Origin: Marsupella aquatica
Taxonomy: Eukaryota > Plantae > Marchantiophyta
Reading direction: 5' to 3'
NCBI GenBank assembly: GCA_973895155.1
Contig: OZ316896.1
Coordinates: forward strand, 22,773,722-22,837,721
DNA: 64,000 bases
Shown: positions 24,785 through 35,600 of the stretch, piece by piece
Numbering within the stretch: the first letter of the stretch is position 1
How the letters are laid out: each line of letters starts with the position of its first letter
The notes under the pieces: generated by a model
Seen by the model: the letters and a program-made list of their open reading frames with translations, nothing else
Database searches by the model: none
Told to the model about the DNA's origin: nothing
Program-made: the position numbers and the translations under genes

Positions 24785-25292
24785 GGCCAGTCAGCTCACA
24801 ATTCTATCGTGCCGATCGCTACAGCACTGTCGACAGCTGAGGACCTTGCGTGAGACTAGACGGAGTGGGCTATGCGCTTGAATCTCAACCTCTCCCGATA
24901 TCCAAGATCTTCTGCTGCTTATACGGTGCGTCCACTTCGAATCTACCACACACGAAATCGGAGCCCCGTTCAGCAGAACTGCATGAGAAAACTAATTGAA
25001 GAAAATTAATCCCGGGATGGATTCATCAGCAGAAGGCCGATTTAAGTGTTGCCTCTGAAAGGTATTGGATCAAAATTCAAGCTATGGAAACCTGTACGAT
25101 CCAAAGTCAGGTGGAACAGAGATCCAGGCGATGAAAGCCGGCCACATATTTGAGGTTCGCAAACACTGCAGCAAATGAGAATATCCTCTCTGTTTTCAAA
25201 AATATTCAGATCGAAAGACACCGAGAGCCAAAGAGAAGAGGGACGGATAATACGAGCGATTCATCGATGTAGTGATTGATTGATTAAAGTAA

Positions 25293-25345
25293 GAGCAGAG
25301 AGCGAGAGAGCGAGAGAGCTAGAGAGCTAGAGAGCTAGAGAGAGG
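25293..25345. repeat. (GAGAGCTA/GAGAGCGA)n simple repeat
   Basis: Read directly from the sequence. Confidence 0.75.
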
Positions 25346-26202
25346 AAACAGGGAACCTCCTCAATCTAAATGAATCTGGACAACCAGACAAACTGAACTC
25401 TTAAGTCAGCAATGAATCTGGTTAAGACAAAATTGATCACCGCCGTCTGTGATCCAAAATATGCGCGAGTTACATTTGAAAGGAGCTCAGGCACGGGGAA
25501 AGACAGGAACTCATAGCTCAGTACTGAATACAAATCACCGAAACGGATAAAATCATCAGCTGTATTACAAATAATCCTCACACACACAGCTGACAACGTG
25601 AAGCAAGCCAAGAGAGAGCCTCCTCAACAACGGGCAACCACTCGGCTCTCCAGCGAGCTAGAAAGGAGAAAAGCCAGAGGGTAAGGAAGTGAAGAAAACC
25701 CAGAAAAACCGCATCGGAAACAAAACAAATAGATGGAAATTTTCACCAGCAGAGAAATCCATTGATGAATCGATAGACTGAGAAATCTAGAGAGAACTCG
25801 ATAAATATCAATCCACCCACCTCCGACTCTCGACGAGAACCCACGAGAAGCAGAGGGACAAACACGGATCTGCTCTTGAAATCGTCGTCAGCAAAGGAAG
25901 TGAAAATTCAAAAACCCACGACGATGTCCTTCAGGATTGGCTGTCCATGGAAACGGAATCTACATCAATGCAAAAAAAAATTAGGCACGGAGCTTCATTA
26001 ACATCAAAGGACTGCCCACTTTCCTAGGCAGTGACAGGATTTCCCCTTCGTGTAGCGAATTGGGGATCGAGAGCAGGAACCTCGGTGGGCAGAGCGAATC
26101 TTCCTCGTTCCATTGACTTCCACGACTGTTTCGTTTTGTATTTTGGGCAGGTGACACTTTTGGAGAGTTGAGAATCCTTCGCTCTGCAACATTTTGTACT
26201 TT

Positions 26203-26681
26203 ACTTGTAAGGTCACAGTATGACCTTTAGATATGTGTAAGGTCAGATCTGGACCATTGAATATGTCCCTTTTTTTCGAAAACTTTTTTTATCATTGGCA
26301 AGCCCCTTTCTTGTGAGAAAAAACAAATCTGCTAATATTTCATTGAAGAAGTCACAATTAAAAAAACAAACCTGACTTGTAAGGTCACAGTGTCACCTTT
26401 AGATATGTGTAAGGTCAGATCTGGACCATTGAAGATGTCACCACTTTTTTTTGAAAATGGGTTTTATCATTGGCAAGCCCATTTATTGTGGTAAAACAAA
26501 TCTTGTAATATTCCATTCAAGAAGTCACAATCAAAAAAACAAAATTGACTTGTAAGGTCACAGTGTGACCTTTAGATATGTGTAAGGTCAGATCTGGACC
26601 ATTGAAGATGTCAATATGTTTTTTGAAAATGGGCTTTATCATTGGCACGCCCGTTGTCGTGGTAAAACAAATCTGCTAATA
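26203..26681. repeat. Three-copy ~173-bp tandem repeat
   Basis: acttgtaaggtcacagt..acctttagatatgtgtaaggtcagatctggaccattgaa starts at 26203, 26375 and 26548. Confidence 0.9.
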
Positions 26682-26864
26682 GAGTTTTCCGTAAAAGCAC
26701 ACTTACGGGGTGAGTTCACAGGGTGAAAAATAGGTTTATGATTTACACAGGGTGAGTTAGAGTTTGGCAGCGGTACTCAAATACACCAGAGTAAAATCCA
26801 GGGTGAAAACGGGAAAGTGATCTTGGTTCTCAAAATTTATGTAACTGATATATTATTGACAAAC

Positions 26865-27208
26865 TGTTAGATATTGCTCTAGTCTTGTGACTCTTGAGCT
26901 AACCACAGTTAGTCTAACTCAGGTTAGGACTTAGCTAATGTTAGCGGTAGTACTATTGTGCATATAGCCAGGGCTGATGCCAGACCCTGGTGGAACTTAG
27001 GCTCATTGTTACGGAGCTAGTTGAGAGATAGGGAGAGCTTGTGCTGTGGATGCTTGGTATGGCCGGTCGGCCTAGAGTGCAGTAAAGCTCTTGTGTGTTC
27101 CCGTGGACGTAGCCTCATGTGGAGGTGAACCACGTATCTCTCTGTGTCGACTATTGTGCGTTGGATGGTTCATGGGCTTGCCGTTACGAATGTCGTCTAT
27201 GCTCAACA
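26865..27208 (+). repeat. 5' LTR of the copia element
   Basis: tgttagatattgc...gctcaaca; 4 differences from the 3' LTR by eye. Confidence 0.96.
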
Positions 27209-27210
27209 AG

Positions 27211-27222
27211 TGGTATCAGAGC
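27211..27222 (+). promoter_or_regulatory. Primer-binding site, tRNA-iMet
   Basis: TGGTATCAGAGC, 2 bp after the 5' LTR. Confidence 0.93.
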
Positions 27223-28033
27223 GACCCCTGCGACCCCCGACCCTTTGCTGCCCTGCTCGGAGTGCGCGCTCGGGCTCAGCCGGCACCACTCCCCCTGGCC
27301 TTTACGCCTGCGACCCCGTGCCCGCCCTCCTCGCCCCTTGCCTCCCTTCGGCCGGCCGTGCCGTGCCTTAGGGCCTCGCCCTCGCGTCCCTGCTACTGCC
27401 ATCGCGACGGCGCGCTTTTTTCCTTTGTACTCGCTGGCCATACGCCCTGTATTCCCCCTGGCCCGCCTCGCGTCGCGCATACGCGGATGCGCGTTTTGGG
27501 GTGTATTTTGTTTTTAAGGGGCTTTGCACCCCCTTAAGGGCCCTATTTTAAGCCTTTTTCTTTCCCCTTGCTTTTCCTCTTGTCCCGGGACCGGTCACCC
27601 TCCGTTTTAACCGCTCCGACAGGGGGAACGGCCCCCTGTGAGACCTGCTGTACTGTGCGGGAATATTCCCGAAAAATAGAGAGCTGTTTTTCGGCCGTTC
27701 GACAAAGATTCCGTCCACCGAACGGTAACTTTTTTGGTTCTTTTTTGGTGAGGACGTTGCCACTGGAGTTAGCAACGCAGCGCACCGATCACATCGCGAT
27801 TCCGACGACGGGTTGTACTTGGTATTTCGGTTATTCTCCGAGGTGGTCAAAACGGGGGAGTTTCCCAAGGTTTTACCCACCCCGACCGAAATTTGAATAA
27901 CTTTTCCGTCGAATTTTGATTTTGATTTCGGCTTTCAGTATTGGACTCCTAGCTTCGTGGGCTACGCAGCGGTGTTGAGTTTTGAGTTTTATGAGAAGTT
28001 TCGAAAAAAGACGTTTTTTCGTGATTGTTTCAT

Positions 28034-28978
28034 ATGAGTGACTCGGAGGATACTGGAAGAATTGGCGTCGGTGGAGCTTCAGGATCGCGACGGTCAGACG
28101 GAGAGTCTAAGGAGGAGCTACTACCATTTGAGGAGGAACAAGTAACACCGGTACGATCACCGGTGCGGCGTGCAGTGGAGGAAGCTGTACTACTACCAGA
28201 GCTGTTGATAGTTGGGAAGAAGAGGGAGATGGCTAGATTCGGAGGAGTAAAGTTTGAGGTGGAGAAGTACGATGGTCGTACTGATTACTTGCTGTGGGAG
28301 AAGCAAGTGAAGGGTGTTCTTCGGGCCATGGGCTTAGCTCATCTGCTCTCTTCGCGAGAGTAGTATGATGGAGAGGAGGAGATCTCAGAAAAGCAGTGGA
28401 GACAGGAGCAGGTGATTGCTATTAATGCAGTGATGCTTTATCTGAAGCCGCACATCATCAAGCAGCTGGATGATTATGCGGATTGCGCATCACTGTTCAA
28501 GGCTCTAAGAGAGAAGTACTACCGGGAAGATGCGTCAGACCGGCTGTACAAGAAGTCTCTCTTGATGAGCCTCAGGCTCAAGGAAGGGAGCAAGATGCAG
28601 GATCACTTGGATGAGTTTGACAGTCTAGCGGTGGATCTGTCAAACCTGGGAAAAGGAGTTGAAGATGAGGATAAGGCCTTGCTTCTGCTAAGCTCCTTAC
28701 CGTCGTCATATCAGGGCTTGAAACAGGTGCTCTTGTACAGAGATCTGAAGTCCATTTCGTATAATGAGGTGGTGAGCTCTTTACTGTCTGATGATGCTCA
28801 GAAGAAGTTGGGTCAATCACAGACAGCATCTTCTTCTGGCACTACGTTGAATGTGAACCGTGGGAGAGCAGCGCAGCGCTCAAATGGACAGAACAGGTTT
28901 AGATCTACATCACGGGGGAGATCTAAATCCAGAGGGAAATCGCAAGAGAGGAAGCCTCTTGCATGTTGGAATTGTGGC
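28034..28978 (+). pseudogene. gag: Copia gag, 5' part (in-frame TAG at 28361-28363; cut inside the zinc knuckle)
   Basis: KFEVEKYDGRTDYLLW, DEDKALLLLSSLPSSY, RGRSKSR, then CWNCG followed by the insertion. ORFs 28025 and 28412 share a frame. Confidence 0.9.
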
Positions 28979-29500
28979 TGTGAGATAAGGATGTTTATGA
29001 AGGAAGGGTTAACTAGCCATAAATTTTTGAATTTTTAAGTTTAAGATCTCAAATAAGGCTGAAGAGGGACCTGAAGACTACTTTGAAGTGTTATGAGACT
29101 TTCAAGCTGATCTGAGGTCAACCCGGATTGATATTAGAGAAGGAGGATCGACCCGGAACTTTTTGTTATAAGCCTGGAATGAGATATAAAGCTTATACAG
29201 AGACTCTACTCAACAACAACTGTCCATTGCCAAAGTTTTTAAAACCATAAGTCAAACACAGGCACGACCACAGCAGAATCCGAATATAAGGAAGGAGAGT
29301 CGATCCGGCCTCTCACACCTCTCAAAGCCGAACTTAGTAGGTTTTGAGTTCCCGAGCGCATTAGGCTGTTAAAGCAGTAGAGTGAGGAGGCTCTACCCTT
29401 TTGGTAGAGGATCTTGGGTCCGGATTATAAGACCAATCTTGAATTTCTTGATGAGAGCCTGGATATGAGGGTACTGACTGATTCGTTGTGAGGGGAATGC

Positions 29501-29812
29501 CTACTCCGCCGCTGGGAGTGAAGGCAGGAAGTTTGAGATTCTGATCGCGCATACATCGGTGATGAGAACGAAGGCCAGGTCGATCCGGACATCCACATTG
29601 CAGGACTGTTTGAGTCTATCTTCGCCCCACGTTCGATGCACCTGGATTTTTATTGACGGGATCTTGATCAACGTTTCCAGAAGCTCTTGTCAGTTGATCA
29701 GAAACGCCATAGCCAGGTCAACCCGGACGTTTCTACCATTAGTCGACACCGAAGAGATTGACCATTCTGAAGTCACAGCATTGTAGAGCTCGCCGACGAG
29801 GAGGCAGGCCAT
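29501..29812 (-). pseudogene. Candidate 103-aa ORF with one internal TGA, divergent from the long ORF
   Basis: Manual translation: MACLLVGELYNAVTSEWSISSVSTNGRNVRVDLAMAFLIN*QELLETLIKIPSIKIQVHRTWGEDRLKQSCNVDVRIDLAFVLITDVCAIRISNFLPSLPAAE*. Contains the repeated motif VRVDLA/VRIDLA. Confidence 0.35.
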
Positions 29813-29847
29813 TTATTTAGAATCCATTTTCTGCTTTGATAAGTCCT

Positions 29848-31590
29848 ATGGAGCAAGGGACGGATCCAGCCGGAATGTCCACTTCTCGCGTCTCTAAGGG
29901 GCATTCAACCTCAACATCACCTGCACCTACTCCGGTTAAAGCCCCTGTGAGACGATCGAAGAGAAAGGAGGTCCCTATTGCCATGAAAATTCTGAGGCCA
30001 GCTATTCCGGATAGTGAAGCTGAGAAGGTCAAACTGAGGGAGTCTTTGCTCAGGATGGGCTGTGAGTCTCTGATGGAGCTACCTTGGAGTTATCAGAGCG
30101 AAGATATGATCAGAGAGATCCGATCCAAGGAGTGTCCGGTTGAGTTTAAGGATACCTCCAGAGGCCGACCTGAGCGATGGACTCAGATGATGATTGCAGG
30201 AGCTTTTGTATTGGAAGATGAAGGAGAAGGTCCAGTGGGGAGAGCTGTCAACCTAATCCTTCCTTACTTCAAAGGAGCCATCAACAGTAAGGACGGGTTT
30301 AATGTTTCTAAGTGTTTGGATCCTGATCTGAGACGAGTCTTCAGCTTTCTGCTACCCCTGCTGTACCCTGAGAAGCCAAGAAGAGTTACTGTTGGAGTTG
30401 GCTCTACCATTGTTGCTGCTTACAAGGGAGAAAGAAAAGTCAACTGGGCTAAGCTTATCTTTGATTTGATAAGGAAGTTGGTACAGAACCTATCCAACAA
30501 GAGTCCTACTCCCCTCTCCTGCTACCTGGTACATCTATATAGCTTTGAAGGAGTTTTGTTTAGAGAGGAAAAAAAATTACTATTGGCCAAGTACAACTTC
30601 ATCAAGTATGGAGAGACAGATCCAGATATCACCCAGGCCACCTCTGATGACAGTGAGGATGAGGAACCAGCAGAGACAAATCCTCGAAAGACCCGGTCTG
30701 CTGCCCGGAACCTCGACCCGGACTTTTCCGACCCGGCCTTCGTCGATCCGGCTGAATGTCCGGATGCACCCGGCCATGCCTCCCAAGACACCCTAGCTGA
30801 TTTCCAGATCATCTCAGACACGTTCCAGAAGGTGAAGAGGAAGACCACTGTGATGGAGAAGGTCATCACCGACATTTCGCAGAAGCTAGGAGTGAAACCA
30901 GGGCAGATTCTTGAGAAGATCTCCACCATGAGTGATACCACAGATAAGAAGAAGTTGGAGAAGGAGAATGAGTTCCTCAAGAAGAAGGTATCTGAACTCA
31001 AACAACAGTTGGAAAGGAGTAAGAAGAAGAATGAGCTTGAGCATACTCTCCAACTCAGTATCACTCAATCTTTGGATCTGATTGAGCCTTTGACTAAGAT
31101 AGCTTCTCTGGATCTTCTTAAGGCCCAAATTTATGATGAGTATTTGGCCAAGAACACCACACCCATCCTTTTCTCCAAGATTAACCATTTAGTGGTAGAT
31201 GTGAGTACCAAGGTGGATGATGCACTTACAGGCCTCTCAAAGACCTGTGAAGCCTTAAGGGACATGAGTGACTTGACTACTGAGGAGCTATTAGCTGATA
31301 CTGAGATTCCTCCCTTTACTACCAGATCTTTCTCTCCTAGTCCTCATGAAGGAGTCTATTCTACTGGCCCCTCATCACCCCTCAACCCTCCTGGTTTCCC
31401 CACTCCCAGTACACACTTCCACTCCCATTCTTACACCTATTCTCATGACCCAAGTGCCCATCAGGAGAACATGGATACTGACCCGTCCATCCCTTTTACC
31501 ACTGGCCAGCAGGGAGTTTTCCTTCGACCAGAACCCCTTGCCATGGCTAACCCTGAGGAGGTTCCTTCCCAAAAGCTAGGACCAGAATAG
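29848..31590 (+). CDS. Uncharacterised ~580-aa element-borne protein: globular N-terminal domain, acidic linker, coiled coil, Pro/Ser-rich tail
   Basis: Uninterrupted 584-codon ORF, first ATG at 29848. Heptad-like KKLEKENEFLKKKVSELKQQLE. No gag, PR, RT, RH or INT motifs recognised. Confidence 0.75.
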   Translation: MEQGTDPAGMSTSRVSKGHSTSTSPAPTPVKAPVRRSKRKEVPIAMKILRPAIPDSEAEKVKLRESLLRMGCESLMELPWSYQSEDMIREIRSKECPVEFKDTSRGRPERWTQMMIAGAFVLEDEGEGPVGRAVNLILPYFKGAINSKDGFNVSKCLDPDLRRVFSFLLPLLYPEKPRRVTVGVGSTIVAAYKGERKVNWAKLIFDLIRKLVQNLSNKSPTPLSCYLVHLYSFEGVLFREEKKLLLAKYNFIKYGETDPDITQATSDDSEDEEPAETNPRKTRSAARNLDPDFSDPAFVDPAECPDAPGHASQDTLADFQIISDTFQKVKRKTTVMEKVITDISQKLGVKPGQILEKISTMSDTTDKKKLEKENEFLKKKVSELKQQLERSKKKNELEHTLQLSITQSLDLIEPLTKIASLDLLKAQIYDEYLAKNTTPILFSKINHLVVDVSTKVDDALTGLSKTCEALRDMSDLTTEELLADTEIPPFTTRSFSPSPHEGVYSTGPSSPLNPPGFPTPSTHFHSHSYTYSHDPSAHQENMDTDPSIPFTTGQQGVFLRPEPLAMANPEEVPSQKLGPE

Positions 31591-32578
31591 AGTCATATTT
31601 AGAGAGTTAGAGCCACATTAGTTTAGACTTAGAAATGGCTATGTAGACTAGTATATGAGTAAGTAGACTCCAGTATTTTGTTGATGTACCCATTGGAGAC
31701 TCTACTCCATTTTTGACTAGGATAGTTCACTTTTATTTACATATTTCTTTAGACTTGGGTTTTTGAAGAGGCATGTCTTTTCATAATCTCCACTTCTAGT
31801 ACAAAAGGAGGAGAACCCCAAAGTCAACAAAGAGAGAAAACATACATTTTGATTTCCTCATTGCCTTTGAAGGAATCTATGTCTTTCTTCCTTTCTTTTT
31901 ACCATGGTTGAGTAAAAAGAAGAAGTTTAGCAACCCTTGAGTTGTTGTGAAATGTTCAATGAATGCTAGAGTGTGCCTATAATGATATTGGAAGATCAAT
32001 GAGATTTGTGACCAATACATTTGGAAGATTCACCAAAGAGGAAATTGACATTTGCACAAAACTCAACCAAGCAATCTTAAGGATTGTAGGAGAAGTAAGC
32101 CGATTCGAGTATCCTAGTACCGTCCTCAACAGGACCAGAAAAGTGTCTCGGGTTGATTTACGTTCATATCTTCTAAATTCAAGAGATGGAGAAGAGTTGC
32201 TACGAGAAATCAAAAAGCATAGAAAATGTTGATTTCTGAATCTTAAATTAGGCCATAATCCTTATTGAAGGAGTGGTGATGGTCATAAATTCAATTCCCT
32301 TGCACTTTGAAAACTCCTATCTACTCTCTCTCTAGTTTCAATCTTTGTTAATTCTAGTCTTTATTATTGCACTGTGAATCCTAAGGATTACCCACTTGAG
32401 TTTGTGGTTAAACACTTATGTTAAGGAGATCATTAGAAATCTCTCCAACCTAAGAATGTTGGTGTAAACTTCTCAAATTGTGTTAATTAGGTCTTTTCGA
32501 TCTTATCCACTCCTAACCGGAACGAAATCGAGTTGTTAAGGAATAAATAGTCATTTATCTCTTTATCACCTTGCTACA

Positions 32579-32694
32579 GTGGCAAGCCTGGCCACATGAA
32601 AAGGGATTGTCGAGTAAAGGTCCCTACTGCATCTGCTAACGCGGCATCGAGCTCGCATGAGGTAGATTTACTCGATGATGATGACATATTGTGA
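32579..32694 (+). pseudogene. gag: Copia gag, 3' part (rest of zinc knuckle and acidic tail)
   Basis: GKPGHMKRDCRVKVPTASANAASSSHEVDLLDDDDIL*, with TGA at 32692-32694. Confidence 0.85.
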
Positions 32695-35600
32695 TGTCAA
32701 GGTTATGCTCTCAACGTAGTGTCAAATCCAGGGAGTGATAACTGGATTCTAGATAGTGCATGTACTTTTCACATTTGCTCTAGGAGAGATTTTTTCAGTT
32801 CTTACACGGATTCCAATGGGTCAGTGTTGATGGGAAATGGAATCCCATGTCAAGTTGTTGGACTTGGATCTGTAAGATTTCAGATGTTTGACGGTGCTGT
32901 GAGAACGGTGAGGAATGTGAGACACATTCCCAGCATGATGAAAAATCTCATTTCACTTGGAGTTTTAGAAGCAAATGGCCATCAGTGGAGTTCTGCTCAT
33001 GGTGTCCTTCAGGTTTCAACTGGTACTAAAGTTGTATTGAAGGGAAAGAGACATAGCAATCTATACGTTTTGGAGGGCAATGTAGTTTGTGATGAAGCCA
33101 ATGTAACCTTATCTCATGAGGAGACGGCCCGGCTGTGGCACTTCCGTTTGGGCCACATGAGTGAAAAAGGTTTGGTTATTCTTCAGAAGAAAGGATTACT
33201 TTCTAATTTGCAATCTTGTAAGTTAGAATTTTGTGAGCACTGTGTGCTAGGAAAGCAGCACAGGAAACCCTTCGGAGTTGGAACTCACACCAGCAAGGAG
33301 GTACTTGATTATGTACATAGTGATGTGTGGGGTCCAGCCCCTACTCCCTCACATTCTGGACGATTATACTATGTCACATTCATAGACGATTACTCAAGGT
33401 ATGTGTGGATATACTTTCTACATAGTAAGTCTGATGTTTTTGCCACTTTTAAGGAGTGGAAAGCCCAAGTTGAGAATCAGACTGGTAATAAGGTGAGATA
33501 TCTTCGATCGGATAACGGCGATGAATACAGTTCCGGGGAATTTGGAACGTATTGTAAGGAGCAGGGGATTACACGCCATCTCACAACAAGTTATACTCCT
33601 CAGCAGAATAGTGTTTCTGAGAGACTCAACCGAACACTATTGGACCGCTCGAGGAGTATGTTGAGTCAATCATGCTTACCACATGAGTTTTGGGCTCAAG
33701 CTGTCAACACTGCAGCTTATTTGGTAAATTTTTTTCCATCCAGTTCTATTGGATTCAAGACGCCATTTGAAATGAGGTACGGGCGTCCAGCAGATTATTC
33801 ACATCTGAGGATTTTTGGATGTGATGCTTATGTGCTTACACCTTCCCAGCTTCGATCCAAGCTGGAGTCCAAGTCAAAGAAGTGCATTTTCCTTGGCTAT
33901 CAGAAAGGTGTGAAGGGTTATAGGTTATGGGATCCAGTAACCTGTAAACTAATTGTCAGTAGAGATGTGTCCTTTAATGAGTCCAGATCATCAAAGGAGG
34001 GGGAGAGTTCTCAGGACTCCCATACTGACAAGGGGAAATCTCCCATCCCGGACCCGGTTGAGGGGGAGATTAGTCATGATGCAGTTCATGACAGGAGAGA
34101 TGGAGAAGCTCCGGGCTTGGAGCTGGTTCCTGTGATGGAACAAGAGGAGCAGATTGTTGCTAGGGTACCTCAAATTCAACCAGCAACAGCAGCAGATCAG
34201 CTTGAGTCATCTACTAGAAGAACTTCCAGTCGTTCTACTAGAGCTCCTACCAGGTATGGTCAATGGGCAGACTCATCTAAGCTAGATGATATTGACATTG
34301 CACCTGATGATGATGACATGACTTTGATCTTGGAAGAAGGAGAGCCTTCTTCGTACAGTGAGGCTTGTGCTTCAGAGCAAAAGGATGAGTGGAATGCAGC
34401 AATGCAGAGGGAGTTGCAATCTTTGAGTGACAACAAGACATGGGAGCTGGTGGAGCTTCCAAGAAGTCAGCAAGTGGTGGACAGCAAGTGGATTTACAAG
34501 TTGAAGGACAGTCCTTCAGAGGGTGGAGATAAGATCTACAAGGCAAGGCTTGTTGCCAAGGGGTTCACTCAGGAGAAAGGAGTGGACTACAATGAGGTCT
34601 TTTCACCGGTGCCTAAGTATTCCACAATTCGGATCTTGTGTCAGCTTGTTGTGTTTTTTAATCTGGTGATGGATCAGATGGATGTTGTTACTGCTTTTCT
34701 CTATGGCAACTTGGAAGAGATGATCTTCATGAGACAACCGCTAGGCTTTATGAAGAAAGGCCAAGAGAACTTAGTTTGCAGATTGCTCAAGTCCTTGTAT
34801 GGATTGAAGCAGTCTCCCAGACAGTGGAACAAGCGGTTTGATGATTTCATGCTTGCTCAAGGTTTTACAAGGATGGTGTATGATCCTTGTGTGTATACGA
34901 AATCAGTCAAGAATGATGTATTTGGTTTCATCATTCTGGTGATCTATGTGGATGACATGCTGATTGTGGCTAAAGATCAATCTGAGGTTGACAGTCTCAA
35001 GGCAAAATTAAGTGCTGAATTCAGGATGAAGGATCTTGGTAAGGCCAAGAGGATCTTAGGAATGGAGATTTTTAGGAACTCTGAGATTGGACAGTTGTGC
35101 TTGAGTCAAGGCCAGTATGCGAGGAAAGTACTTGCACGATTCAACATGGAAAACTGTAAGCCAGTGAGTATTCCTTTAGCTTCAAATTTCAAGTTATCAT
35201 CGGCTTTCTCTCCTACGGATGCTGTGGAGAAAGGTTTGATGGCTAAGATTCCTTATGAGAAGGCAGTAGGCAGTCTGATGTATTTGATGACTTGTACTAG
35301 GCCTGACTTAGCCCTAGCGATGGGCAAGGTTAGCAGATTCATGTCAAATCCAGGGAAGGTACATTGGGAAGCTGTGAAGTGGATTCTCAAGTATCTGAAG
35401 GGTACACAGAACTATGGATTACTATTTGATAACAGATCAAATAGAACGTTAGTTGGCTATGTAGATTCTGACTATGGAGGCTGTCTGGATACAAGGAGAT
35501 CTACAACTGGGTTTGTATACACTCTTGGAGGAGGATGTATCAGTTGGAAATCTACCTTGCAGAAGTGCATATCTCAGTCTACTACAGAAGCAGAGTATGT

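Larger units (their letters stand above)
28979..32578. mobile_element. 3600-bp TG...CA insertion with 5-bp TSD (giant solo-LTR-like unit carrying ORFs)
   Basis: GTGGC is duplicated at 28974-28978 and 32579-32583. Ends are tgtgagataagg / ccttgctaca. Removing it restores CWNCG-KPGHMKRDC. Confidence 0.92.

Noticed and set aside
26203-26681. CRISPR-like reading of the regular repeats
   Set aside because: Whole units repeat with no unique spacers, the context is eukaryotic, and there are no cas genes.
28979-32578. Reading the insertion as a TRIM/LARD or Ginger-type DNA transposon
   Set aside because: No internal LTR pair, no long TIRs and no DDE transposase motifs were seen.
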